From a virus (taxonomy: Duplodnaviria > Caudoviricetes), in IMG/VR virus record IMGVR_UViG_3300033145_000307, positions 1 to 61,950 of that record: a stretch of 61,950 nt of DNA; one strand, written 5' to 3'. Positions 8,937 to 17,990 of this stretch are shown in pieces. Both the position numbers and the translations under genes were made by a program. The notes below the pieces were generated by a model. That model searched no databases, was not told where the DNA came from, and saw nothing but the letters and a program-made list of their open reading frames with translations. Each line of letters begins with the position of its first letter. Position 1 is the stretch's first letter.

Positions 8937-9311
8937 TTAAGAAAAATCGTCTACTGTACGGGCGTACGGATCGAGTTCAATGTCTACGTGAATTGAACTT
9001 CCAGTTCCCGGAGTAGCGATTGCACTCGCCTGGACCTTGATCTGTCCACCGGACGGTATCACGGTGTTTCCAGTGCTGGCATTTTCAGCCCACGTAGCAG
9101 CAGCTCCCGCCGCCATTGCTGCGCCAAAGGTTGCCGTACCCAATGTAGTCCCGCTATAGGAAATCGTTAAAACATCGTCATTCCCGAAATCCATGTGCGC
9201 TCTCGCCCTAACATCCGCAATCGTACACCGGAATGGAGCCGTACAGTAATAGTCTACAGTCCCACTTGATTTCCCAAGGACTTCCATAGATATAATGTTG
9301 TCTGTAATCAT
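8937..9311 (-). CDS. Putative capsid decoration/cement protein, paralog 2
   Basis: 124 aa, downstream of capsid gene; about 80/124 identical to 9342-9716 (manual count). Confidence 0.6.
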   Translation of the reverse strand: MITDNIISMEVLGKSSGTVDYYCTAPFRCTIADVRARAHMDFGNDDVLTISYSGTTLGTATFGAAMAAGAAATWAENASTGNTVIPSGGQIKVQASAIATPGTGSSIHVDIELDPYARTVDDFS

Positions 9312-9341
9312 AGTTCCTCTCTTCTATTCAGACCCTAAAGA

Positions 9342-9716
9342 TTATGCAAAATTGTCATCGGTTAAAGCACCGGGGTCAAGTTCAATATCCACATGGATTG
9401 TACTGCCCGTCCCAACAGCCGTAAACTGAGATGCGGTTACTTTAATAGCCCCGCCTACTGGAATAACAGTATTTCCCGAACTCGCATCCTCCGTCCATGT
9501 TCCCGCAGCGCCAGCCGAAACGGATGCTCCAAAAGCAACAACTCCAAGCGTGGTACTTCCATACGCAAGCGTGATAGTTTCAGAGTCTCCGGGATCAACA
9601 TGGCACCTTGATCGAACCGTTCCAATCGTGCATCTATATGGAACGGTGCAATAATAATCCACGGTTCCGCTTGATTTTCCAAGCAGTTCCATAGAAATTA
9701 CATTTCCTGTAATCAT
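9342..9716 (-). CDS. Putative capsid decoration/cement protein, paralog 1
   Basis: 124 aa, immediately after major capsid gene; Gly/Ala/Thr-rich. Confidence 0.6.
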   Translation of the reverse strand: MITGNVISMELLGKSSGTVDYYCTVPYRCTIGTVRSRCHVDPGDSETITLAYGSTTLGVVAFGASVSAGAAGTWTEDASSGNTVIPVGGAIKVTASQFTAVGTGSTIHVDIELDPGALTDDNFA

Positions 9717-9788
9717 GATAAATTCCTCTCTTTCTATTCTGTCTTAGACATTAGGAGGGTTGCCCCTCCCGTTATCTAATTGTCGTGT

Positions 9789-10760
9789 TTATGAAGGTTC
9801 GCTCAGGGTCGTATGTCGCACATGAGCTTTCCTGTGCATACAAACAAGCTGACCAATCCAACGGGTATTGGCTACCCACAGATCGGGTTGCTCTTTGTCA
9901 TACTCCCACTTTGGCACCGTGAACTTGTAATCCTTGTGGGTCTTCATCTTCAGATAACGAAGATTCAGCCCGTCACAATACCCAGAGGTTTGTTTGTCAT
10001 CAGATACAACCGGAGCCCCACCGAAAAGAACGTTGTCAAATCCGGCATTTACCAAATCAACGTCAGAATATCTCGCCTGTACTTGAAGAGTTCTCTCAAA
10101 TCCATCCTTCAGGGTATCAGTCGTAATATAAAGATTCGGTTTGTCAGATTTATTCTGTCCGATATTCGGGGATCTTCGCATTGCCTGAAGCACCTTAAAC
10201 GAAATTGCCTCGGATGTGGTAGTCACATTAGCCGCCCACTCAGACATGTCATCTTCAGCGATTGAGCCGTATGCCGTTGCAGTTACAGTGCTAAACAGAT
10301 TGCCAAGCCCAAGGATTGAATTGCTGTCAGCAGCGGAAGAATAAATATCAGTTCCCATCTTGTCTCTTGCGGTCTTCTGAATGTTCTTCACCTTGCTTTG
10401 TGCAATATCAACCTTGGCTGCATCCCCTTCAACCTGAACATGATCGTTAAGATCAAGTGCGTTTGAAGAATAAATCCCTGCCCATCTGAATCGTGCAGCA
10501 TTTAGGATGGTTTTCTTGCTCTGTGCAACTTTGGTTGTGTTTCCATATGAACCACTATTTGAGTTTGCATACTCAAGTATAGCTTTGATCTTTTCTCCGC
10601 CATCGACGATTTCATTAGGCTGAACCATGTTGGCTTCCATGCCACCCTTACCCATCAATTTCCAAATCAGTACATTATCTTTGAAATAGATGTCTTCAGG
10701 GATAGCATTTTCGTAATAATCGTCTGTTATGGCTTGTGCTTCACTAAGCGTTAAGGCCAT
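9789..10760 (-). CDS. Major capsid protein (HK97 fold)
   Basis: 323 aa after portal and scaffold; 'DGGEKI', 'GLGNL', 'PNLYITT', 'AGFDNVLFGGAPVVSD' typical of podophage capsid proteins. Confidence 0.85.
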   Translation of the reverse strand: MALTLSEAQAITDDYYENAIPEDIYFKDNVLIWKLMGKGGMEANMVQPNEIVDGGEKIKAILEYANSNSGSYGNTTKVAQSKKTILNAARFRWAGIYSSNALDLNDHVQVEGDAAKVDIAQSKVKNIQKTARDKMGTDIYSSAADSNSILGLGNLFSTVTATAYGSIAEDDMSEWAANVTTTSEAISFKVLQAMRRSPNIGQNKSDKPNLYITTDTLKDGFERTLQVQARYSDVDLVNAGFDNVLFGGAPVVSDDKQTSGYCDGLNLRYLKMKTHKDYKFTVPKWEYDKEQPDLWVANTRWIGQLVCMHRKAHVRHTTLSEPS

Positions 10761-10793
10761 GATATTACTATCCTTTCTTATCCGTTAGCCTTG

Positions 10794-11579
10794 CTATTCC
10801 GCTCTTAATCTCTCAAGGGCCGCAAGGCCACTTTGTTTTGTTTCAAGATCTGTTAATGGTTTATTTGATTTATTTACTTGGCGTATCGCTCCCCCTGGTT
10901 TTGTCAAAACCTTTTCAGAGGCGGCTACACCTTTCTCGGCCTTTGCAAGATCGGCCTTTCCTTTCTCATATGCCTGTGTCGCTCTGAGTTCGTAATAAGC
11001 GCTGAAGTCGTCGTGCAGCGGATTTTGTCGTTTAATTCCTTCCAACGCCCCACTTTCCTGAAGTGCCATAAAATCGGGATTGTCCTTGAAGAATTGCTCT
11101 CGGACAGTTGCCCCATCACGTTCGGAAAGTGTTTTTTGAAACTCCTTTGTTGCCAAGCCCAAGGTCTCATCTCTGGTTTGCTGAACTGCGTTTGCTAACC
11201 TTGCATCATTGGCTTCTTGCAACATTCGGAGTCCTTCGGCCATACCAAGGGTTCCATCTTCGATTTCCCGATAGATGTTTTCAGCCGGAGTCGCATTGGC
11301 TGATTTAATTGCATCAATGGTAGTTTGCATCCCAGCCATTTGTTCAAGCATGGCTTCTTTGTCCTGGCGCAATGTGCCAACCTCATTGGTATGCTGACCA
11401 TGAACTTTTTTCAGGTTCGCCAATTCGGTCTCCATCTTTGCAACTTTCTCTTGTGCGCCTTTCAACTCTTCCGCTGACACAGTATTCTCGGCTGCTTTGG
11501 ATTCTTCGCTTTTCCCCTCGTCTACTTTGGGGGGCATTGATCCTGCCGGAATTGTCTCTTGCTTTTTTTCTTCTGCCAT
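10794..11579 (-). CDS. Capsid scaffolding protein
   Basis: Charged helical protein directly upstream of capsid gene; ATG 11579 with GAGGAGG RBS. Confidence 0.7.
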   Translation of the reverse strand: MAEEKKQETIPAGSMPPKVDEGKSEESKAAENTVSAEELKGAQEKVAKMETELANLKKVHGQHTNEVGTLRQDKEAMLEQMAGMQTTIDAIKSANATPAENIYREIEDGTLGMAEGLRMLQEANDARLANAVQQTRDETLGLATKEFQKTLSERDGATVREQFFKDNPDFMALQESGALEGIKRQNPLHDDFSAYYELRATQAYEKGKADLAKAEKGVAASEKVLTKPGGAIRQVNKSNKPLTDLETKQSGLAALERLRAE

Positions 11580-11661
11580 TTTGTGCCTCCTCAGGGCCGC
11601 CAACAGATTGTCCGATTAAGGGTCTGTATCTGTGGTTATCCCTCGTCCTAAGTGTTAAAAT

Positions 11662-11706
11662 AAAAATGCCCGACAAAACTCGAATTTTTTGAGTTTCACC
11701 GGGCAT
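11662..11706 (-). terminator. Intrinsic terminator after the portal block
   Basis: ATGCCCG/CGGGCAT and AAACTC/GAGTTT stems, then a U tract on the minus strand. Confidence 0.6.
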
Positions 11707-11751
11707 CAAAGTAACGCTGACAATCAGCGTCTAATCAGTAACCGTATATGT

Positions 11752-11910
11752 TTATTCTTTAGCTTTTAATTTCCCCTCCGTCCGAACCTTGCAATCCCCA
11801 ATACCACCTTGAGCCATGTTAATTTCAAACTCGATCTTGCCAGTGGTTTTGGCTTTTCGTTCAGCTTTAAGATGTTTAATTATAAGCTTTATGCACTCGT
11901 CAAAGGTCAT
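11752..11910 (-). CDS. Small hypothetical protein (52 aa, not in ORF track)
   Basis: Manual translation MTFDECIKLIIKHLKAERKAKTTGKIEFEINMAQGGIG...; ATGA overlap with upstream gene. Confidence 0.55.
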   Translation of the reverse strand: MTFDECIKLIIKHLKAERKAKTTGKIEFEINMAQGGIGDCKVRTEGKLKAKE

Positions 11911-12194
11911 CCCGTTGCCACCAAATTATGTTCCTTGATATACCGCTTCAAATCCGTCCGTGTCTCAATCGGCCTTTCAGTTCCGGCCCGAACATTGTCC
12001 GTGTCCTGCAATGCACCCCTCACGGCATCGTCAAGCCAAGTTGGTTCATCCCTTTGGATACCACCACACCTGCCAAGTTTCTTGGCCTTTTCCCCACACT
12101 TGGAACATTTGCAAGTCTTTGGAAACTTTGTCATTGGATAGATTCTTTCATCTATGTTTTTACATGTTTGACATTCATATTCATAAAGTGCCAA
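11907..12194 (-). CDS. FmdB-like zinc-ribbon protein
   Basis: TTG start after portal stop; 'MALYEYECQTC...CSKCG'. Confidence 0.7.
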   Translation of the reverse strand: MALYEYECQTCKNIDERIYPMTKFPKTCKCSKCGEKAKKLGRCGGIQRDEPTWLDDAVRGALQDTDNVRAGTERPIETRTDLKRYIKEHNLVATG

Positions 12195-12195
12195 G

Positions 12196-14181
12196 CTATT
12201 CCTCCTTCCTCTCAACATTTTGTGGTGGTTTTCCTCCCTGTGCTTCTCTCGGATTACCAGCAGACACCTTCTGCGTTCCAGCCCCCTCCTGCGGTCTATT
12301 CCCCGGCCCTCCTTGTGGCTCTAATAAATACTGTCTCAATGCTAAAGCGTCTTCTTCCTGCATGCCTGCTGCGATAAGGATTTGCAGGGCCTGGTCCAAT
12401 TGCCCCTCTCCGGCCCTTTCAATAATTTGTTTCCACCCAGGGAATCCAGTATGCTCAAGGAGAGCTTGTCTATCTATCGCCCCTAATTGATAATATTTCT
12501 CAGCTTGTGCCGCCACCTGAAGGCTTGTCTTTGGCATCGTACTGCCGGACTCGACCACATAATTAAATTTTCGACCTACAAGATTGACTCCAATTATGCC
12601 CTTCGTTTCGCCCTCAACCTCTAAAGTCTCGTACTTTATGCCAAAGTTTTGAGTAAAGGATATATTGCATTTCCCCCTGAACTCTATCAGATTATCAACC
12701 ATCTCAATCTTATGCTGTATCAGGACAGCGTTTCGCTCTTGTAAAGCCACGATTGCAGAAGCCGCAACAACACCCTTTGGCCCAACCCCCCTGTCAGCAT
12801 CTTCAATCTGATAAACTCGATCAAAGAAGTTAATAAACATATCAAGAATAGTGAAAAAGTTAGCCGGAAGATTCGGAACAGTCTCAAATCTAATAAATTG
12901 GGAGGCTTGAACATTGGTCGGCATTAAAACAAGATTTGGCTTGTTGTTTATCATCTCCCGTGTAATACCACAATTCTTTGGAATAATAAGCGGCGGGAAC
13001 ATTGCTCTTGCAGCCCAGGCTCCGACCTTGCTAATTAATTCATCAATTTTATAATTGAGATCCCCAACTTGCTCTGCTGCCGAAAATCCCCAAATATTTG
13101 TGGTGTCTTCATAACTGTTTACTTTTGTGAACGGGAAATGATCGTACAAGTAAGAATATTGAGTTGCTTCGGGTGGTAATTCGGGGTTAATGTTCGGATT
13201 GGGCTTGTCGTCTAAGACAATCGGTTGCTTGATATTTTTATCTTTTGTCTTGCTACCGCTTCCCGTGAGAGTAATTACCCTAATCCCCCCCGGATATTTC
13301 GGAACCTCTATTTCTTTAATAAGGATATCTCCGGTTTCTTCGTCCACCAGAGGTTCGCCTGTTTCTTCATCCAAAATTGGTTCGTCAACTTTCTCTGTTG
13401 AATAGTCCCGAATCCAAATCTCAATAACAAGCGTTCTGCCCTGTCTGATATCAAAAGATTTCTTCCCTGATTGCTCAACCTTGTTATACGTTCCATCATA
13501 CCTTGCCGCCCCTTCCCGTGAAGCCGAAGGAATTGGCTTTTTTTCTTCTCTTTCTTCGCCTAACAAACTATAAACATCGTCAGGTTCTACCCCTGAGACA
13601 TTAAACATTTTCTCAACGGCTTCCACCAATTCAGGATAGCCATGACAAATATACGGACAATCTAAAGAAATGTCTTCCCAATTTCCAGGTGCAGGGAAAA
13701 AGGCGTATGGGTCTACAATGGAAATGTCGCCCCTTTGCTTTTTGAAGTCATAATACGCCTTTTCAATGGTAATCCCATATTGTTCCATTGCAAGAACGCT
13801 GATGCCAAGTTTTTGTTTCTGGCTCGTGTCTTTCCACCATTTTCTATTCTTGGCGGTTAAGAGGTTCGCTGAACCATCATCGTCCCCATCAAGGTCAACT
13901 ACTTCGGCAATAGGATTACGTGCCGTGACGTTCGCCTTTGTGCGTTCTACGTTGGCAAAGAACAGGTTAATCGTAACCTTGCTTTGGTCCTTCTTGCTTT
14001 TGTCCTTTTGCCAATGATCGCCACGATACAGCTTATAGTTTTCCATCCATCGTTCAGGAAGCATCAGGCGGTCTCGTTCGTCACGGGCAAGATCGAAAAG
14101 ATTCCACATAAAAGGGCCTACGTCTTTATGCCCTTCAGGTGGGAGATTAACCAAGTTCCATTTATCGCTTATGTTAGGCAT
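12196..14181 (-). CDS. Portal protein
   Basis: 661 aa between terminase and scaffold; 'INLFFANVE..KANVTARNP', 'VDPYAFFP', 'IWGFSAAEQV', 'AASAIVALQE'. Confidence 0.85.
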   Translation of the reverse strand: MPNISDKWNLVNLPPEGHKDVGPFMWNLFDLARDERDRLMLPERWMENYKLYRGDHWQKDKSKKDQSKVTINLFFANVERTKANVTARNPIAEVVDLDGDDDGSANLLTAKNRKWWKDTSQKQKLGISVLAMEQYGITIEKAYYDFKKQRGDISIVDPYAFFPAPGNWEDISLDCPYICHGYPELVEAVEKMFNVSGVEPDDVYSLLGEEREEKKPIPSASREGAARYDGTYNKVEQSGKKSFDIRQGRTLVIEIWIRDYSTEKVDEPILDEETGEPLVDEETGDILIKEIEVPKYPGGIRVITLTGSGSKTKDKNIKQPIVLDDKPNPNINPELPPEATQYSYLYDHFPFTKVNSYEDTTNIWGFSAAEQVGDLNYKIDELISKVGAWAARAMFPPLIIPKNCGITREMINNKPNLVLMPTNVQASQFIRFETVPNLPANFFTILDMFINFFDRVYQIEDADRGVGPKGVVAASAIVALQERNAVLIQHKIEMVDNLIEFRGKCNISFTQNFGIKYETLEVEGETKGIIGVNLVGRKFNYVVESGSTMPKTSLQVAAQAEKYYQLGAIDRQALLEHTGFPGWKQIIERAGEGQLDQALQILIAAGMQEEDALALRQYLLEPQGGPGNRPQEGAGTQKVSAGNPREAQGGKPPQNVERKEE

Positions 14182-14431
14182 GTTGTCCCATTTTTTCTAC
14201 AAGCAATTTTAATCTGTCGGCCATTTCTTGTGGGCCTCGCAAACTATCCTCTCCGAACCATTCAATAAAATGCGCATGTTTTAGACCATCAAAAGTACCG
14301 TCACAATAATCCGCGATAATTTGATCTATTCCTTCGCTAACTTCCTTCATTTTTTCGGGTACTAAAATTTTCTCAAGACAAGCGCTTACGTCTGCTGCGT
14401 CTGCTTCAATGTTTGGTAAATCTATTCCCAT
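14174..14431 (-). CDS. Hypothetical protein
   Basis: 85-aa ORF with RBS, overlapping portal start. Confidence 0.55.
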   Translation of the reverse strand: MGIDLPNIEADAADVSACLEKILVPEKMKEVSEGIDQIIADYCDGTFDGLKHAHFIEWFGEDSLRGPQEMADRLKLLVEKMGQHA

Positions 14432-14451
14432 TATTCCCCCTCTTTTTCCAA

Positions 14452-14793
14452 TTAGACAATCCCCCGAACTACGGGAACGCCCTGTATGAGAACGTTGTGC
14501 ATCCCGGCATCAGCCAACTTCTTGTTTTTATATCTATGGGTCTGCTTTACTGAGGCTTCAATTCGATCAAAAAGCTCTGGTCGCATTTGCACAATTTTTA
14601 ATTTTTTGGCCCTAATTTCTCTGGCTAATTTTGGCCAAGTTGGTGCATTTGAAACCGGAAGCCGATTCTCTCCTGCTTTATGGCCATGTGGGTCGTTTTT
14701 AAATCCAACGCTCAAAGTCTTTCCAATAGTTCCCAACGACATTACTCCAACACCCGCAATACCCAGCGTTTTTAAAAACAATCTTCTTGACAT
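14452..14793 (-). CDS. Tat-signal protein carrying a major-capsid-like C-terminal segment
   Basis: MSRRLFLKTLGIAGVGVMSLG matches the twin-arginine consensus; C-terminal segment aligns without gaps to the capsid protein (15/36 identities). Confidence 0.7.
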   Translation of the reverse strand: MSRRLFLKTLGIAGVGVMSLGTIGKTLSVGFKNDPHGHKAGENRLPVSNAPTWPKLAREIRAKKLKIVQMRPELFDRIEASVKQTHRYKNKKLADAGMHNVLIQGVPVVRGIV

Positions 14794-14810
14794 GCCCCCC
14801 TTGTCCCTCA

Positions 14811-15176
14811 TCACTTCCCTCCCTTTTCACATTTCTTCCGATGGTTAAACAGCGCAATCGGATAATCAAACTCGGCGCCACATCCGCACACATACTTTTT
14901 CTTCTTGGGCTTTGGCTTTTCCTCAACATCCTCTATTTTGCCATTAAACCGATAGTTGCCGTCACACATAAAATTGCCACAGCACGGGTACTGAACCGCA
15001 TAGCCTTCGATACTATCCGTAATACTGTCTTGGTGTACGCCACAGAAGCCTTGTCCTTCGTCCCGATATTGCTTTTTCAGCCTGAACATGGCAGCGTTTA
15101 TGGTCTTGTCCGGATCAAAGGCATCTGTTGTTTTCAGCCAACTTTGGGTGCAATGTGGGCATATTACGTCAGGCAT
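14811..15176 (-). CDS. Zn-finger hypothetical protein
   Basis: CPHC, PCCG and CGCG...H...C motifs. Confidence 0.6.
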   Translation of the reverse strand: MPDVICPHCTQSWLKTTDAFDPDKTINAAMFRLKKQYRDEGQGFCGVHQDSITDSIEGYAVQYPCCGNFMCDGNYRFNGKIEDVEEKPKPKKKKYVCGCGAEFDYPIALFNHRKKCEKGGK

Positions 15177-15465
15177 TAGAATCTCCCTCTTTGATATTCG
15201 TCATTCCCTCGTTGGCTTGCATCTTAAACCGACTATTGAACCGCCCCACAATACTTGGAAGTTTCGGTTCTTCTCCTGGCTCAGTCTTGTCTGCAAACTC
15301 ATCCTCAAGGTTGAACGCCTCGCCCTTGGGTTCTTTCAGGGCAAACATTGATTCATAGGGTTCCCTTTTGGTCTTAAACACCACGAAAGCCCCTAAAGCA
15401 AAAGCTGAAAGTGTCGCAAGCCACCCGAATATCATTCCCCACACGAACCATTGCATTGATTGCAT
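15169..15465 (-). CDS. Membrane-anchored hypothetical protein
   Basis: N-terminal hydrophobic helix followed by KTKR. Confidence 0.6.
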   Translation of the reverse strand: MQSMQWFVWGMIFGWLATLSAFALGAFVVFKTKREPYESMFALKEPKGEAFNLEDEFADKTEPGEEPKLPSIVGRFNSRFKMQANEGMTNIKEGDSNA

Positions 15466-15475
15466 TGTTCTCTCC

Positions 15476-15805
15476 TCAATTCATCCCAACTCCAGGCAAC
15501 ACAAGATTGCTCATAAGTTTGAAATAAGTTTTATACAGGTCACCCTTTTCGTCTACAACTTGTACGCTCAAAGCATGACCCATGTTGATATCCACATAAT
15601 TGCGATAATTCTTGTTCTGCTCAACCTTTGCTAATTGAATCTGTGTACTTCCATTTTGTTGCGGTAGATACCTAACTACACAGGTGTTTTCTAACCGAAG
15701 CCAAGCGTCTCCCAAATAATGTTTAAAGGCTTCATCCTTGGCTTGCTTACCTAAAAACTCATACTTTGGTGTTACAACATGCAAAACTTTTGACATAATT
15801 CCCAT
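15476..15805 (-). CDS. Hypothetical protein
   Basis: 109-aa co-oriented ORF. Confidence 0.5.
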   Translation of the reverse strand: MGIMSKVLHVVTPKYEFLGKQAKDEAFKHYLGDAWLRLENTCVVRYLPQQNGSTQIQLAKVEQNKNYRNYVDINMGHALSVQVVDEKGDLYKTYFKLMSNLVLPGVGMN

Positions 15806-15885
15806 CCTTTTGTATTGCCGGAGAAATCACCCGCCCCGGCATCGGGGGGCGCAAAGGAGGGGGGAAAAGCGCCCAGAGGTTAAAT

Positions 15886-16119
15886 CTATTTTATGATTTT
15901 TTGCATCCAAAATTTACCAGTTTCCTGATTAAAGCGTCCAATGTACTCAGTTATTGGTGGTGGCGAGGGCGCTTCTTTAATTTGTGGCTCTGGCAAGCTG
16001 TTCGTAAACGCCATCACTCCATAAGCCAGTGGGACGGAGAGCAATCCGCCAACAATAAGCCCTATCACAATCTGATTCTTAATTACAGGACTCGTTACAT
16101 AATCCAACAGTTTTCCCAT
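15886..16119 (-). CDS. Small single-pass membrane protein
   Basis: One TM segment, Pro-rich linker; GGAGGGG RBS. Confidence 0.55.
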   Translation of the reverse strand: MGKLLDYVTSPVIKNQIVIGLIVGGLLSVPLAYGVMAFTNSLPEPQIKEAPSPPPITEYIGRFNQETGKFWMQKIIK

Positions 16120-17242
16120 GTTTTCCCCCTCCTAACATTGCCAACCAAGTTATAGCAAGCAACCCATTGACAGCGTTCATTCTAAACATTGAATTTGTCG
16201 AACAACAAAGCACGATAACGATTAAAGCCGTAAACTGTATGGCGTTCTTTCTGGTAAACTTCCATACAAAATTCCCCAAATATCCACTTACAATTACAGC
16301 AAAGCCTACGCCCATCTCTATTAATCCATTTACAAATGTATTATGCAGTCGGGTCCAGGTTCCATAATGTCCGGGCAATAAATGGATATTTGCTTCAACT
16401 AATTTTCGACTGATTGCTTCCCAATGGCCCAAACCACACCCCCACTTCCAATGAGGCAGGTATATTTTAAAGGCGTTTTTCCATACAATCCATCTATCGC
16501 TGGCATGTGGGAAATCAATAAATAGCCAGAATAGCCCAAACAAGATAATAGAGGGGACAATGACCCAATAATGTCCTAACACACAAGCATAAAAGATTGC
16601 GCCTATTGTCGTAGCTAATACGCCATTAAAAGAGGATGTCATTGCCAATCCAAAGAAAACCATAGGAAGACAATACCAAAGCTTGATATCTTTGATAGTG
16701 ACATAAGCCCTTCCTCGAAATCGCAAAACACAAGAAGTCGGCAAAGAATATATTGTACGGTCCCTTAAAAATGCCGGAAAACACAAAGCAAACAACGCTG
16801 ACCCCTCATTGGGGTTAAACATCAATCCACACACGTCCCCTGAGAACAGAGATGGTATCTTAAAATATTGAATAAACGTAGCCATAAAATGAGCAAAGGC
16901 AATTACGCATATAACATCCATCAATACTTTTTCATTCCCAAAAGAATGTATAAAAAAGTACCATCCAAGCCCGAAAAGCACACATTTCAAAGTAGCTTGC
17001 GATTCAACTGTAACCACAGGAACAACATGCGAAACAACTGCTAACAACATAAACAGCGCTACCCATTTATTGATTCCCCAAAGAACTGCAAAAAACACAA
17101 TCAGGACCCCCACTTGAAATAAGCCAAGAACAAAATCGCGCCCTTTTCCCATTTCAAGTGGAAGCCTGGTAATAGCAACCATAAACAGCATAATCGCTAT
17201 CGCGGGTGCTATAAATTTACATTGTTGAGTTACAGGTTCCAT
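16079..17242 (-). CDS. O-antigen ligase / O-oligosaccharyltransferase (Wzy_C) family polytopic membrane protein
   Basis: About 10 hydrophobic segments; 'GLMFNPN', 'DRWIVWKNAFKI', 'WGCGLGHW', 'RLHNTFVNGLIEMGVG' match the Wzy_C signature (R..W, G.G.G, H-N...E.G). Confidence 0.75.
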   Translation of the reverse strand: MEPVTQQCKFIAPAIAIMLFMVAITRLPLEMGKGRDFVLGLFQVGVLIVFFAVLWGINKWVALFMLLAVVSHVVPVVTVESQATLKCVLFGLGWYFFIHSFGNEKVLMDVICVIAFAHFMATFIQYFKIPSLFSGDVCGLMFNPNEGSALFALCFPAFLRDRTIYSLPTSCVLRFRGRAYVTIKDIKLWYCLPMVFFGLAMTSSFNGVLATTIGAIFYACVLGHYWVIVPSIILFGLFWLFIDFPHASDRWIVWKNAFKIYLPHWKWGCGLGHWEAISRKLVEANIHLLPGHYGTWTRLHNTFVNGLIEMGVGFAVIVSGYLGNFVWKFTRKNAIQFTALIVIVLCCSTNSMFRMNAVNGLLAITWLAMLGGGKHGKTVGLCNESCN

Positions 17243-17960
17243 GCGTTCCCTTTAACTTTAAATTAGCAGACTCATGGCTCGTAGCATTAAAAATATCTAC
17301 CGTTACCCACGTTCCTGCGATGCAAGCTGTTTCACCAGTTGCATTAAGTGTCAAAGTTAAAACTTCGTTGGATACGTCAGGGTTGCTGGCTGAACCCATC
17401 AATACTTCTGATTGTTCAATTGCTGTAGCATCAAATGCTACTCCGTCATTGTTGACCCATATTCTCCAGTCCAATGCCCCAGCAATCCCAACATCTGTGT
17501 CGGAAGAAACTAAGCAATAAATTGTCAAGCCACTTACATAAGTGCTTGGGAGCCTAAATGTAGCCTGGATTGCTCCGGTCTCACCACTATTATCCCACGT
17601 AATGCTCGGAATATTGTCATCATCACCAATATCGGGAGCGGTATTTTCGTCAATATCGTCACCACCATCAACTGCCCAACCAGCCATCGGGAGGTAGATC
17701 TCGCGGATTACGTCAGCGATTTCAGTTGCGCTGATAAGCCCGGATCCAAAGGCAGCTGCATCGAAATACGCTTTAATGCTCTGTTGAGTGGCTAACCCTT
17801 CGTCGTCGTCACTCCCCATAGCGTCTTCATCATAAATGTCATACGTTGCAAGCCCACCACCTACAGTAACAGCCTTGTCGGCTTCCGCCGCACCCATCAC
17901 AAAAGCCGGGGCCAAGGCCAGCATTAAAGCCAAAAACATCCCTAACAATCTTTTCTTCAT
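17217..17960 (-). CDS. Acidic exported/virion protein with signal peptide
   Basis: MKKRLLGMFLALMLALAPAFVMG-AA; AGGAGG RBS; 'LATQQSIKAYFD' motif resembles phage fibre proteins. Confidence 0.65.
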   Translation of the reverse strand: MKKRLLGMFLALMLALAPAFVMGAAEADKAVTVGGGLATYDIYDEDAMGSDDDEGLATQQSIKAYFDAAAFGSGLISATEIADVIREIYLPMAGWAVDGGDDIDENTAPDIGDDDNIPSITWDNSGETGAIQATFRLPSTYVSGLTIYCLVSSDTDVGIAGALDWRIWVNNDGVAFDATAIEQSEVLMGSASNPDVSNEVLTLTLNATGETACIAGTWVTVDIFNATSHESANLKLKGTHGTCNSTM

Positions 17961-17990
17961 GTCCGTTTTCCTCCTAAAGAGTTAATGTTG

